This document shows positions 9,107 to 18,721 of a stretch of 35,034 nucleotides of DNA, piece after piece. A program made the translations under genes and the position numbers. Origin of the DNA: a virus. The notes under the pieces are model-generated. The model saw nothing but the letters and a program-made list of their open reading frames with translations, did not search any database and was not told where the DNA came from. The DNA lies in the IMG/VR virus record IMGVR_UViG_3300029156_000010, positions 1 to 35,034 of that record. One strand, 5' to 3'. Each line of letters opens with the position of its first letter. The stretch's first letter is position 1.

Positions 9107-10477
9107 TCACAGTTCAAACGCTACCAATCTACATGAATCAAAATCAATTTGAGAATCAGCAAAAGGGATGGAGTTTGTGGCTGCCTGCACTCTATAAACG
9201 TATGTCCCCGCTGCAACTATATCAATAGCCCACACGCTTGATGGTGGAATTGTGATACGTCTATTGTTCTCCGTGCTTAATTCATCATCATATTGGATTG
9301 TTGAACCGCCAATGGTCGTAGAATCTCGTCTTAATCGAATAAATCCTAGTGCATTTTCGTCCGATTCAGAGTTAACAGTGATCTGTGAACAGTCCAGAAA
9401 GTCGCCCTTGGAACCAAAGATACCAACAAAGACCGGCCTTCCGGTTGTAGTTAAAGTGACTGTATCCCCAACCGTGCCAAAATCGTCATTTTCCCTTGAA
9501 TCAGTCCAAGTAGCGCTTATCGCGACCCCTCTTAGCCCGACACTTGTTCCATTTGGCCGCGTATATTTCTCCACAACCTGATTAGCAAATTGAGAAGTCA
9601 CGTTATGGTTTCCTGTGCCGAGAATTGTCACCTCATTTGTAACAATAAGATCATCACCGGCAATAACATCTTCGGCAGCCTCTAAGTTACCCGTTGTGAC
9701 TAGGTTTCCTGAACTATCGATAGTAGCTGGGGACTGCTTAAGGAATCCGCCCACGCCATCATAAACAGGTATTCCCTCGTTCACAGATACCGCAGCCGTG
9801 ACCTTCTTATCTGTTACAAACCAGCCGGAAGCTCCGTCAGAGACGATAACCAAAGCGCCATTGTTAGAGTCAATTACCACTGAAGCGTTTACGCCGTCGA
9901 TTTCATCCACGCCATTAGGCAGCAAAGTGATGTTGTTAAGTCCTGCAATGCCCGTTACGTCTTTAATAAAGTAGAACCTACCATTAGCCACCGCATTAGC
10001 AGGGGGCAAAGACAATTGAATGCTTGTAGTGGTATCTGCCTGAATAAATGAATACGTATCTGAAGGGTTGATGGTTGTATTCGAAGCTACTGACACACTC
10101 TCAAACGATCTTGAGATACCGTCGGAGGAAGATTGCACGCTTGTGCCCGCTGTAATTTGCACGGGTGTTCCTGCGCCGTTATTGTAATACAGATCTCCAT
10201 TTACCACATAAACAGAGCGAAGATCGGCTGGATCAGTCAAGACTGCGCCGTTAGAAATGAACCTAATTGAGTTGGCGAGGTTAATGTTGTTGGTATTGAC
10301 TGAAAAGTCTGTGTTGATGTTCATTCCAGCAGGGGTAATCTTCACCCCTTTGCCTGTAGAGTGATCGTGGGTGTCGAGATTGTTTATAATGAGGTTGTTC
10401 AGCTTCTGCGCCCATTCAGGCCCCAACGTGATTGAAACTGTAGGTACATCCATACCCATATTTGGTGTAATTGCCAT
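9107..10477 (-). CDS. Tail fibre / receptor-binding protein (456 aa).
   Basis: The N-terminus MAITPNMGMDVPTVSITLGPEWAQKLNNLIINNLDTHDHSTGKG is typical of short-fibre N-termini. The body is G/N/T/S-rich and beta-rich, and the C-terminal module looks like a jelly-roll. Confidence 0.6.
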   Translation of the reverse strand: MAITPNMGMDVPTVSITLGPEWAQKLNNLIINNLDTHDHSTGKGVKITPAGMNINTDFSVNTNNINLANSIRFISNGAVLTDPADLRSVYVVNGDLYYNNGAGTPVQITAGTSVQSSSDGISRSFESVSVASNTTINPSDTYSFIQADTTTSIQLSLPPANAVANGRFYFIKDVTGIAGLNNITLLPNGVDEIDGVNASVVIDSNNGALVIVSDGASGWFVTDKKVTAAVSVNEGIPVYDGVGGFLKQSPATIDSSGNLVTTGNLEAAEDVIAGDDLIVTNEVTILGTGNHNVTSQFANQVVEKYTRPNGTSVGLRGVAISATWTDSRENDDFGTVGDTVTLTTTGRPVFVGIFGSKGDFLDCSQITVNSESDENALGFIRLRRDSTTIGGSTIQYDDELSTENNRRITIPPSSVWAIDIVAAGTYVYRVQAATNSIPFADSQIDFDSCRLVAFEL

Positions 10478-10486
10478 GCTATCTCC

Positions 10487-10801
10487 TTAAAAAACCCATA
10501 TTTTTGTTTTGGTTGGTATATTTGATCCAGACTGAACGTAGATATACTTGTCCCTTTTCTTCTGATCGGCCAAACCAAAGAAAACGGCATTTTCTAATTC
10601 AGAATCAACGCAAATCCAGCCGATATAATTTCTTCCAAGCCTATGCTCCACAACATTAAGCCCAGTTTCAAGAACTGTTTCGATGATCTGGCCATCCAGA
10701 ATGGGTGTAGCTGTCAAAATATCAAGAACCGATGCTACATTGTCTTGCAATGTGCTTGTTTCACGGTCTTTCATGTCTAGTTTACGGAACTTTTTCACCA
10801 A
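10487..10801 (-). CDS. Hypothetical virion-module protein (104 aa).
   Basis: The ORF overlaps the upstream gene by 7 nt and sits in the structural operon. Confidence 0.5.
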   Translation of the reverse strand: MVKKFRKLDMKDRETSTLQDNVASVLDILTATPILDGQIIETVLETGLNVVEHRLGRNYIGWICVDSELENAVFFGLADQKKRDKYIYVQSGSNIPTKTKIWVF

Positions 10802-11772
10802 GGCTCCCCACCAAATGAATCATCATAGCCACCGCTTACGTCAGTGACTTGCTCTGGTTCGCCTGAATCACGGTTTGCGGCCATGTTTTCGATACGATCA
10901 ATCAAAGCTTGCTTTCTAGCGAAGAGAATTGAAGTGTCAGACTCTTCTTTGTTTAAACATTTGATTGCAGCATCTACAACAACGTACTCTTCCCAGCCGT
11001 TGTAGGTTCTTCCGTCCACCTGAACGATGGATCCTGTTAAATTGGTCGCGATGACTACTTCCTGCGCATTACTGGCAGTGCCAGAAAGGATGACACTAAC
11101 CAGCGCCAGTGCATCTTGGGAGGCATTCACCGCGTTCTGTACTTGTTCAGCAGTGGAAACTTCATCCTCTATTTGAATGAAGATTGCATTGTCTGTGACA
11201 GTAACTACTTCCGATCCAGCCGTGGCACCTCCGGTATATTCTACCGAAACGAGGTTCCCATCCGAGTAAATATCTACGGCTTGAAAGGTTAAATCTTGTA
11301 TTGTGGCTGTTCCTAGCTTGCCCGTGATCATATCTGGGGCAGAAGGGGTATACCAAAGTCTGTAATTGCCCGTTGCTTTTGCTTCTGGAACGATTTCTAT
11401 TGTCTGATCAATAAGCCGATACCTACGATAATCAATACGGGTGCGGCTAAGTAGAGAAGTAGGTCGGTCAAGGTAATTGCGGTCTCGAAAGTTCCACTTG
11501 GATAGTTCCGCATAAGATCCGCCAAGGTCATAGTCAACGCCTCTAGCTTTGTAGAAATTATCTGGCAAATCATAGGTGTTTCCCTCTGAAATTGTGAAGA
11601 GAGTCTTGACTGTGTAGTAATCTTCAAAGCGTGAAACGATAATATCGTACATTTCTTTGAATGAATTGTTAATATAGACGTCTAGTTCGTCATTGGTGAC
11701 AAAATTAGACCGTTCCATATCGGCTCGTTGCCTTACTTGGTCTCTTAATGATGATAAAGTAACAGTGCCCAT
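10795..11772 (-). CDS. Virion structural protein, candidate head-tail adaptor (325 aa).
   Basis: It lies between the head genes and the tail genes. The N-terminus is LSSLRDQVRQRADMERSNFVTNDELDVYINNSFKEMYD and the C-terminus is helical. A central beta-rich segment (aa ~150-250) looks like an insertion. Confidence 0.45.
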   Translation of the reverse strand: MGTVTLSSLRDQVRQRADMERSNFVTNDELDVYINNSFKEMYDIIVSRFEDYYTVKTLFTISEGNTYDLPDNFYKARGVDYDLGGSYAELSKWNFRDRNYLDRPTSLLSRTRIDYRRYRLIDQTIEIVPEAKATGNYRLWYTPSAPDMITGKLGTATIQDLTFQAVDIYSDGNLVSVEYTGGATAGSEVVTVTDNAIFIQIEDEVSTAEQVQNAVNASQDALALVSVILSGTASNAQEVVIATNLTGSIVQVDGRTYNGWEEYVVVDAAIKCLNKEESDTSILFARKQALIDRIENMAANRDSGEPEQVTDVSGGYDDSFGGEPW

Positions 11773-11781
11773 CTGGTATCC

Positions 11782-12051
11782 TTACTTTTCCAAGTGCAAT
11801 TCTACATCTTCTTCTTCCATGTCGCACATTTTGATGAAGTTTTTCAAAGAGTGTGCAAAATTGAGTGCATCACCGCTTTTTACTGCGGTGATCATCTCAT
11901 AAGCTGCCTGTTCATAACCAGATTGATACTGTTTTTCTGGCATTGAGCTTGGCGGCCCCAATTCAGTCATCTCTTCGACGAAGCCTGGTTTGCCTTTTTT
12001 GATCTTGCCACGAATTACCGTGACCAATGCTTTGTTGTCGAAGAGTAACAC
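11782..12051 (-). CDS. Hypothetical head-module protein (89 aa, GTG start).
   Basis: The GTG lies immediately after the upstream TAA and in frame with it. An AGGGG motif lies 8 nt upstream. Confidence 0.5.
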   Translation of the reverse strand: MLLFDNKALVTVIRGKIKKGKPGFVEEMTELGPPSSMPEKQYQSGYEQAAYEMITAVKSGDALNFAHSLKNFIKMCDMEEEDVELHLEK

Positions 12052-12381
12052 TTAAGCGACCCCTGAGTTGTTGAGCATAATTACAACGTGAATGATACAC
12101 GCTGATGGCAATCCATCAAGATCAATGGTTCCTGTTCCCTGAACATCTTCGCTTAGAATCTCTACAGTAGCAGAAGCACCTTCTATGCCGAACGTCGCAG
12201 CTAGCAAAGTTGGGTATTTGTCTTCTAATACGATTTGATGAGATCCAGCACCAGCTTCAACAATGTTGAAACCTAAGCCAGAAAGCTTGGTTGGGACACT
12301 AGCAACGAGTTGAACTCGACCTGCAATGATTTTGGTTTGGTTGTTTAGTGATTGTACTCTTTTGAAATTTCTGTTTGCCAT
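12052..12381 (-). CDS. Head accessory protein, possibly capsid decoration (109 aa).
   Basis: It has a strong SD (GGAGGTG) and is the first gene after the capsid gene and its terminator. It is small and beta-rich. Confidence 0.4.
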   Translation of the reverse strand: MANRNFKRVQSLNNQTKIIAGRVQLVASVPTKLSGLGFNIVEAGAGSHQIVLEDKYPTLLAATFGIEGASATVEILSEDVQGTGTIDLDGLPSACIIHVVIMLNNSGVA

Positions 12382-12417
12382 GTGGCACCTCCGTTTAGTC
12401 TCGCCTTTCGGGGAGCG

Positions 12418-12453
12418 TTTAAAAATAATAGGGGGCCATTATTGACCCCCTAT
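12418..12453 (-). terminator. Intrinsic terminator just downstream of the major capsid gene.
   Basis: In minus sense the sequence reads ATAGGGGG-TCAATAATGG-CCCCCTAT followed by TATTTTTAAA. The stem is 8 bp and perfect, and the T-rich tail exists only in the minus sense. Confidence 0.7.
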
Positions 12454-12465
12454 CATGTTACCAGC

Positions 12466-13704
12466 TTACGCTAGTTGAATGTTTCCGTTGTAGCCTGGAG
12501 CGTTACACTGTAGCTGACCGTAGTAGCCGTAGCGAACTTCCACACCATCGGATGATGCTTGACGCAACATTTGTAGACCATCGGTATCGATGACTCGAAC
12601 TGCTTTACCCATGGAGCAAAGCTTGAAAGTGCTTAATTGCACCATGAAAGCTCTGTCAGATGGACAGTTTTGATCAGGGATTACGTTGATCGGGCCTTTA
12701 GGACCGTTCACGAGAATACCGCGGAAGCCAATTTCTGGGTTCACTTTAAGATCTACATATTGCAATTTAGACTCCAAAGCTTTCTCAAGAGCTGCATAAC
12801 GATCGTAAGACATGAATGCGTGGTCAACTTTACCACCTTCACGTGCTACTCGGTTTGCACCTTCAATAAGGGCTTCTTCAATTGGATCGCCTGAACCATC
12901 GTAACGAATTCCGCCTAAGCGAGTCGTATCTACAGAACGGTCAACACCAAAGAAAGGAGTTGCGGTTGGAACTAAGTTCGGGATCCATGCGCGTAGACCA
13001 GAGGTCTTAAGTGCGAATGGAGAAGCGGTATCCTGACGGTCACCTGCGACGAACATTGTATCACCTAGCGCAAGGCCGGTAACGGTGTTCAGTACAACGT
13101 TGACTGTGAAGGTACCTGCTGAACGATCAATCGTTTGGATGATTGCTTGAGAACCAGCATCGCGTAGTGCGCCTGTGTTTTCAAATTCAGCAAAGACCAA
13201 TACCTGGCCTACTTCGAAGTTAGTGATTGAATTTGGATCAGTCAAAACAACGGTCTGAGTTGCTAGGTCGGTTGCAGCACCAATGGTACCGATTCCGCCG
13301 AAGCCTGTTCCGTATAGTTCGATTGCCAAAGAACGGGTTAAAGTGTTGATTGCGCCGTCGATTTCGGTTGTGGCAGCTTCCATAAAGGCATTTTCGTTAC
13401 CTTTTGAAGCTTCCAAAGTTTCGTTGTCGATGGTTGCAATTGAATAATCTTTTACACGAGTCAAAGTGAATTGATCGATTAAAGAGTTAGTGACCTGTCC
13501 ACGAGCTTGTGCTTGCGCAAAGTTCGCTGAACGTCCTTGAGGGTTGCCGTAAATCAATGGAACGGGTTTATTACGTCCACGGAATTCGGTTGATTTTGAT
13601 ACAAGTGCCAAGAACGGGTTGTCTTGATACACCATGTTTTCAACGCGTTGATCTGTATAATGTTCTTTCAGAGCAGCGTCGAAGGAGACCATATCTAAAG
13701 CCAT
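12466..13704 (-). CDS. Major capsid protein (412 aa).
   Basis: The size fits, and the gene follows the scaffold gene. It has a good SD (AAGAAGG) and its own downstream terminator. The N-terminus MALDMVSFDAALKEHYTDQRVENMVYQDNPFLALV is typical of phage coat proteins. Confidence 0.8.
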   Translation of the reverse strand: MALDMVSFDAALKEHYTDQRVENMVYQDNPFLALVSKSTEFRGRNKPVPLIYGNPQGRSANFAQAQARGQVTNSLIDQFTLTRVKDYSIATIDNETLEASKGNENAFMEAATTEIDGAINTLTRSLAIELYGTGFGGIGTIGAATDLATQTVVLTDPNSITNFEVGQVLVFAEFENTGALRDAGSQAIIQTIDRSAGTFTVNVVLNTVTGLALGDTMFVAGDRQDTASPFALKTSGLRAWIPNLVPTATPFFGVDRSVDTTRLGGIRYDGSGDPIEEALIEGANRVAREGGKVDHAFMSYDRYAALEKALESKLQYVDLKVNPEIGFRGILVNGPKGPINVIPDQNCPSDRAFMVQLSTFKLCSMGKAVRVIDTDGLQMLRQASSDGVEVRYGYYGQLQCNAPGYNGNIQLA

Positions 13705-13934
13705 GTGAGCCTTCTTTCATGATTAAATTAAAAAAATGACTGAGTTATCTCAATCTTGTTTTTAATCACTCATTCTACTGGCAGCAGCTCTCTTTTAAGT
13801 ACCTTTAGCCTATTATCTCTCGGCATAGATTTGCGATTTATACTGTATTGTATGGCCTATGCATTAGATGTCAATCACTTTCTTTGAAGCGTTTGGATCG
13901 GTTGATTTCAGCGTACAAGCGGTTGATTCTTTTC

Positions 13935-14129
13935 TTATTCTTCTTTATCTTCAGCCTTACGAATAAGATACGGACTAGAGAAGCTCCTACCAAAAGCATC
14001 AACACGGTTTTCATGATAATCGCTCCATTTCGATATGTTCACCTCATACAAAACATCAAGAGCATTTGACCTTTGACGCTCTGGGATGTTCTCCAAGAAC
14101 GCTTTCAGGTCAAACTTTCTTAATCTCAT
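13935..14129 (-). CDS. Hypothetical protein (64 aa).
   Basis: It has a TAATG overlap with the scaffold gene stop. Confidence 0.5.
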   Translation of the reverse strand: MRLRKFDLKAFLENIPERQRSNALDVLYEVNISKWSDYHENRVDAFGRSFSSPYLIRKAEDKEE

Positions 14130-15124
14130 TACTTGTGGCGGAGCTTTGCGGCTGCTCTTTTCATAGACTCTTCTTTGGACAGAAGGGGCTCATACTCTTT
14201 TGCTGCCGTTCCTGCGCCTGAAACTGATTTGTTGGACAAAGACATGCTTTTTTTGGTTGGTTTTGGCTCCCCTATTAAGGATTTAACCTTAGAAGTACCC
14301 ATTGCCTTTTTAACTTCCGCTTCAATGATCTCTTCCACACGGTCAGCGGCTTCCTCGATGCTCATGATGCGGCCTGACTCTTCGTGTTCAGCTTCGATAG
14401 CTTCGTAGATAGAATCAAATGTGCTGTATGCATTGATCAATTCATATTTCTGAAGGTTGTCGCCTGTAGAAACAAATTCAGTGATGTCTTTTTTGGCCTT
14501 TTCAATGATCTTTTGGCTATGTGCCTCTTGAGCTTCTTTTTGTAGACGTTGCTGTTCTTCCTTTTCGGTTTCAAGCTTGTTCCATCTCTCTTCGTTCTTG
14601 GCTTCCATCTCTTTCATGAGCTGTTCGGGTGTTTTTTGCACCTCTTTGCCATCCATTTCATCAAGGGCAGCAGTAACAAATGAATTTAGATCCTTATAGC
14701 CAAGCTCTTCGATCAATGCTTTTGGGCTGTTTGTGATGCGTTCAAAGTTTTCATTGAAGTATTTGATCTTCTCCTCTGACTCTTTAATGGTTCTTTCCAT
14801 CTCCACAACTTGCTTTTCACGTTTGGCTAAGGCAGCAAATCTAGCGGACGATTGTTCTTCATCCTTTGCTTTCTTTTCCTCTACGTTCTTTTCAAAGTCT
14901 TTTGGGTTAGGTTCGTCACCTTCAGGATCTTCCGCTACTTCACCTTCAATAGGTTCTTTTGGCTCTGGGGCTGGATCGGTGTTGTTGTCGATTTGAGGGG
15001 CTGTATCATCTATTGCAGGTTCTGGTGCTTCCTCTACTGCTGTAGGTGGCAATTCAATCGTTGTGACTGGTGCTGGATCAGATGATGTTACAGGGTTTAT
15101 GGTTGTTGTTTCTACTGGTGGCAT
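14129..15124 (-). CDS. Scaffolding protein (331 aa).
   Basis: It is very acidic, E/K-rich and coiled-coil-like, with a Pro/Thr-rich N-terminus. It lies between the portal and capsid genes. Confidence 0.7.
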   Translation of the reverse strand: MPPVETTTINPVTSSDPAPVTTIELPPTAVEEAPEPAIDDTAPQIDNNTDPAPEPKEPIEGEVAEDPEGDEPNPKDFEKNVEEKKAKDEEQSSARFAALAKREKQVVEMERTIKESEEKIKYFNENFERITNSPKALIEELGYKDLNSFVTAALDEMDGKEVQKTPEQLMKEMEAKNEERWNKLETEKEEQQRLQKEAQEAHSQKIIEKAKKDITEFVSTGDNLQKYELINAYSTFDSIYEAIEAEHEESGRIMSIEEAADRVEEIIEAEVKKAMGTSKVKSLIGEPKPTKKSMSLSNKSVSGAGTAAKEYEPLLSKEESMKRAAAKLRHK

Positions 15125-15169
15125 TATGGCTCCTATTTCTCTTTAGGCCACTTTAAAGGGATTTGACTA

Positions 15170-17047
15170 TCACACCCCATCAAGTGGTAATAAATTGCTG
15201 GTAGGGTTCTGTTCTGGAACCGCTATCGGTTGTTCTTGTGCCTGCTGCGCTGCAATTGCTGCCGCGGCTTCAAGTTCTGCTGCCTCTATCATGGCTTTGT
15301 TTTGATTCATGAACTTCTGCAATAGGGCAAGTTTGTCCTCTGGGACTTTGTTCATTTTGGCCTGTAGATAAGCTCTCTGTGTATATTCAATGTTGTAGGT
15401 TAGATCCATGTAAGGTTCTGGGGAGGTGTAGCGCCCTTCCTCTATCATACCTTCAATGATTTCTTTCAAGATCTCGATACTTGCTGTCTTGTTATCTACA
15501 TAAGATTCAATGTCAGGGAAATCTAACAAATCAAGAGCGTATGCTTTATCGATGTATCCTGCCTGGGTTAATTCTTGAATGTGTTGCAATCTACCTTGTG
15601 GAGTTTTTGGCAGTTGGCTGACAGGGAAGGCTGTCATAACGAACTTATCATCTTCCAAGTCCACATCTTCCCATTTAATGGTTTCGATGAATTTCTTGCC
15701 TTTAACTTTTACTTTTAGATCATTGTCGTCTTGCTCATGAAGGTCACGGCTCATGTCAATGATGATTTTAGATGCGTCTAGGAACATTTTTTCGTATCGC
15801 TGGGCTGTCAGTGCAAAGCGTTCTGACTCGATATCGTTGTATTCACGAATAGCCACACCTGCATCAAGGCCAGATGGCTTCTTACCTGTGGATGAAAGCT
15901 GGTTAATGCCTACGTTTTCAAAGGCTTTGTTGTAAAGGTTCTCTAAGTGTTGGTAAACCTCTGGGGACATTGCTGGAGGGGTTACCGCTTGAGGGGGTGT
16001 GATGTTGAATTTAACTACCCCACCATCTAAGTTATTCAGATGCTGAGTATTTACCCCACTTGAGTTTTCGACCAACCATTTAGGGTGACACATGAGGTGC
16101 ATAGCTTTTTGAATGGTTCTGAGAAGTTTGTTAATCTCAATTTGAATGCCTTTGATTTCCTCTGGGATGCCTGCGCCATAAAAGCCAAGAACTTTGTCGC
16201 ACCACCTGAAAAACACAAACGGAAAGTATTCTTTGTCGTACTGCTCTTCAAACAATGTAGCAGTGCTGATTACGATTGCATGGTGGCCGTCGGATGCCCC
16301 ACCCCCACTTTTTAGATGCCATGCCTCTGTAACCTTTACTAGGTCAGCAGATGATTTGCTTGATGTGTCTCCGTCCACACCGCCTTCTGCTTGCTTGATT
16401 TCCGTGCGATACTTTGGAAACATTTCGTACAAAACGTCTCGACTGATGTACTTAGTTTGAAAGAGTTGTTGGGGGGACCCATACATGCCATCTGCTTGAT
16501 CTACGATGATTTCGTCAATGATGACGCGTTCGATTTCGATTTCGCCTGTGGAGTCGTTTCTAATGAATTTTAAGCAGCCTGTACCGAAGATTTCACCATC
16601 TTTAAAGGATTGTTGGGCTTTTGTGTACATGTCTTGAGATTCAAAGACACCTGCAATATATTTAGATAGTTTCTTGGCTCTGCTCTGCTGTGAGTAGTCG
16701 CCTTTTTCGGTTAAAAAGAGTGGGCGGGGTTTGTTTTTAGCTATTTTTGATTCTGCTGTGTCGACAATGGACTTGATTACGTTAAGTGTTACGCCTGTAT
16801 TTTTGGCGGATGTTTGAGAGGTTGGCTTTTGAACGCCATATAAGCCCTGAAAGGCTTCATTACTGTACAATCTTAAATGTTGGCGGTTTCGATTGATTCG
16901 ATATACCTGCTCTTGATTGATTAACTCTACAATGCCGTTGATATCGGCAAACATCTCTTTGCCTTTTGAGTGCCACCACTGATTTTGAATCTTTGTGGTT
17001 TTTCGTTCTGGATTGACTTGTTTTGTAGTTACTTTTGGTATTGCCAA
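15170..17047 (-). CDS. Portal protein (625 aa).
   Basis: The size fits, and it lies downstream of TerL. The C-terminal tail is Ala/Gln-rich (AAELEAAAAIAAQQAQEQ), as in many podovirus portals. Confidence 0.8.
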   Translation of the reverse strand: MAIPKVTTKQVNPERKTTKIQNQWWHSKGKEMFADINGIVELINQEQVYRINRNRQHLRLYSNEAFQGLYGVQKPTSQTSAKNTGVTLNVIKSIVDTAESKIAKNKPRPLFLTEKGDYSQQSRAKKLSKYIAGVFESQDMYTKAQQSFKDGEIFGTGCLKFIRNDSTGEIEIERVIIDEIIVDQADGMYGSPQQLFQTKYISRDVLYEMFPKYRTEIKQAEGGVDGDTSSKSSADLVKVTEAWHLKSGGGASDGHHAIVISTATLFEEQYDKEYFPFVFFRWCDKVLGFYGAGIPEEIKGIQIEINKLLRTIQKAMHLMCHPKWLVENSSGVNTQHLNNLDGGVVKFNITPPQAVTPPAMSPEVYQHLENLYNKAFENVGINQLSSTGKKPSGLDAGVAIREYNDIESERFALTAQRYEKMFLDASKIIIDMSRDLHEQDDNDLKVKVKGKKFIETIKWEDVDLEDDKFVMTAFPVSQLPKTPQGRLQHIQELTQAGYIDKAYALDLLDFPDIESYVDNKTASIEILKEIIEGMIEEGRYTSPEPYMDLTYNIEYTQRAYLQAKMNKVPEDKLALLQKFMNQNKAMIEAAELEAAAAIAAQQAQEQPIAVPEQNPTSNLLPLDGV

Positions 17048-17053
17048 GGTCGC

Positions 17054-17290
17054 TTACGCAGAGTGAAACATTTCTTCTTCTGAGTATTCTTCTAAATACC
17101 CGTCAAAGTCCTGTCCCTTCTGTCCTGGATCACTTATCTGGGGACCCGTAGCTTTAATATCTGATTGAAAAGATGTGATTTGTATTTCAACGCCATCCAT
17201 GGCCATCTGAGAAATGCGATTTTTTTGCATTAATTCCATCAATTTTTCTACATCTTTGATGGTTTTGACTCGTTTTTTGGGTTCTGGCAT
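17054..17290 (-). CDS. Hypothetical small acidic protein (78 aa).
   Basis: ORF located between TerL and the portal gene. Confidence 0.55.
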   Translation of the reverse strand: MPEPKKRVKTIKDVEKLMELMQKNRISQMAMDGVEIQITSFQSDIKATGPQISDPGQKGQDFDGYLEEYSEEEMFHSA

Positions 17291-17323
17291 ACCAAAGAAT
17301 TATTGTACGTTTTGTAATAAATG

Positions 17324-18721
17324 TCAATAATCATCTTCTTCCCAAAATGCCTTGGCTTCGTTCTCTTCCATTTTTTCCGCTTCTTTTTCCCACCATTGGT
17401 CTACAGCCTCCACAGAATGAGGTGAAACCGGTTTTTCTATTGGGCGTGAAAGGTAACTGTAACAGAACCTGTACCCATATAGAGCGGCATCTGCCAAGTG
17501 ATTTGGACATGATGCATTTTCAATACGTTTAGACCCTCTGTCATCCCATATTAAGTTTAGCCACTCATTGACAAGATCGTATGTTTCAGACTCTACAAGC
17601 TTGATTACCCCTTGGATAAGGTCACCGTTCATTATCTCAATGAAGTCACTTTTACCTGTTTTGTCAGCAGCTACCCATGGAACATTATGACGGCGGCGCA
17701 TCTCTTCGACTGCTTGCTTGTTTGCCCCATCAATGATCATTTTCATGGGGTTGTAATCTTTCATCAATACTTTTGCGTACTCAGCCACGTCCGTGACGTC
17801 CATTTTCTTCTTTTTGTACGTGTGAACTATGTACGGATGGGGGTGGTGCTCATTCCAAGCGTAAACAACATAGGCTGTGTCGTCCTCGTATCCAATATCG
17901 CAAGCCACAACGTAGTTCCATTTTGGCATTTCTGGCAATTTTGAAACAAGGTTTCGGGCCTCTTGATATTTGTAGACAAGTTTATCTTCATCAACAACCC
18001 ACTGATTGAGATACATTTGTTTGTAAAGCGGGGTCTCAACAATAGCGGGGTTTTTCTCTATTAAGCCTTTGATTTGCCTATTAACAGGGCCACGGGTGTA
18101 TGGGTTGTCATCAAAAGTCCATTTGTGAACATCCCAACCAGGCTCTTTGCCGGTGGTAACTTCATTGAAAAATGTTTTGGTTCTATTTCCTGTGGTACCG
18201 ATCATGCAAATCGTACCGTTGTAATCAGCTACAGCAGGCTGGAGGGTTTTATATACAATTTCTTTAAGATCCACTCGGAACGATGCACATTCATCGATCA
18301 CAACGAGTTTAAACTTCTGACCAAGGGCTTTTTCTTGCTCTTTTTCACTCTGGTCCATACCTACGCAGTAAATAATAGATCCGTTTGCGAAGGTGACTGT
18401 TAATTCGTTTTGATTAAATTTTACTTTTATTTTAAAGCGGCGGGCGATGTCTTTGAAAACATCTTTAAACATAATTCTTTTGGCTGAGGCGCTTGTTAAA
18501 GCTACATACAGACAGGAAACGCCTGGATTTTCCAGAGCTTCTTTAAAAAGATACAACCCCATGCCATAAGATTTACCAGCACGTCTTGAACACTGCGCTG
18601 CCTTAAGGGTTGAAGGGTTGTTTATGAATTTTGTCTGGGTAGGAAAAGAATCACGAAGAAGATCCACTGTTTTTTCAGCAGCGATATACCTCTTTATGAT
18701 TGCTTTTTCTTTTCGATTCAC
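17324..18721 (-). CDS. terL: Terminase large subunit.
   Basis: It has a Walker A-like motif (CSRRAGKSYGMG) and a Walker B motif (KFKLVVIDECASF). The C-terminal half is nuclease-like with conserved acidic residues (VACDIGYEDD, MIIDGANK). The size is 465 aa and the gene lies upstream of the portal gene. Confidence 0.9.
   Translation of the reverse strand: MNRKEKAIIKRYIAAEKTVDLLRDSFPTQTKFINNPSTLKAAQCSRRAGKSYGMGLYLFKEALENPGVSCLYVALTSASAKRIMFKDVFKDIARRFKIKVKFNQNELTVTFANGSIIYCVGMDQSEKEQEKALGQKFKLVVIDECASFRVDLKEIVYKTLQPAVADYNGTICMIGTTGNRTKTFFNEVTTGKEPGWDVHKWTFDDNPYTRGPVNRQIKGLIEKNPAIVETPLYKQMYLNQWVVDEDKLVYKYQEARNLVSKLPEMPKWNYVVACDIGYEDDTAYVVYAWNEHHPHPYIVHTYKKKKMDVTDVAEYAKVLMKDYNPMKMIIDGANKQAVEEMRRRHNVPWVAADKTGKSDFIEIMNGDLIQGVIKLVESETYDLVNEWLNLIWDDRGSKRIENASCPNHLADAALYGYRFCYSYLSRPIEKPVSPHSVEAVDQWWEKEAEKMEENEAKAFWEEDDY

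Noticed and set aside
12049-12054. In-frame TAA-GTG junctions (also at 3502..3507) that might indicate stop-codon read-through fusions (109+89 aa; 424+774 aa).
   Set aside because: Each GTG has its own SD-like AGGGG/AAGGGGA at suitable spacing. UAA is the least leaky stop. Termination-reinitiation coupling is the simpler reading.
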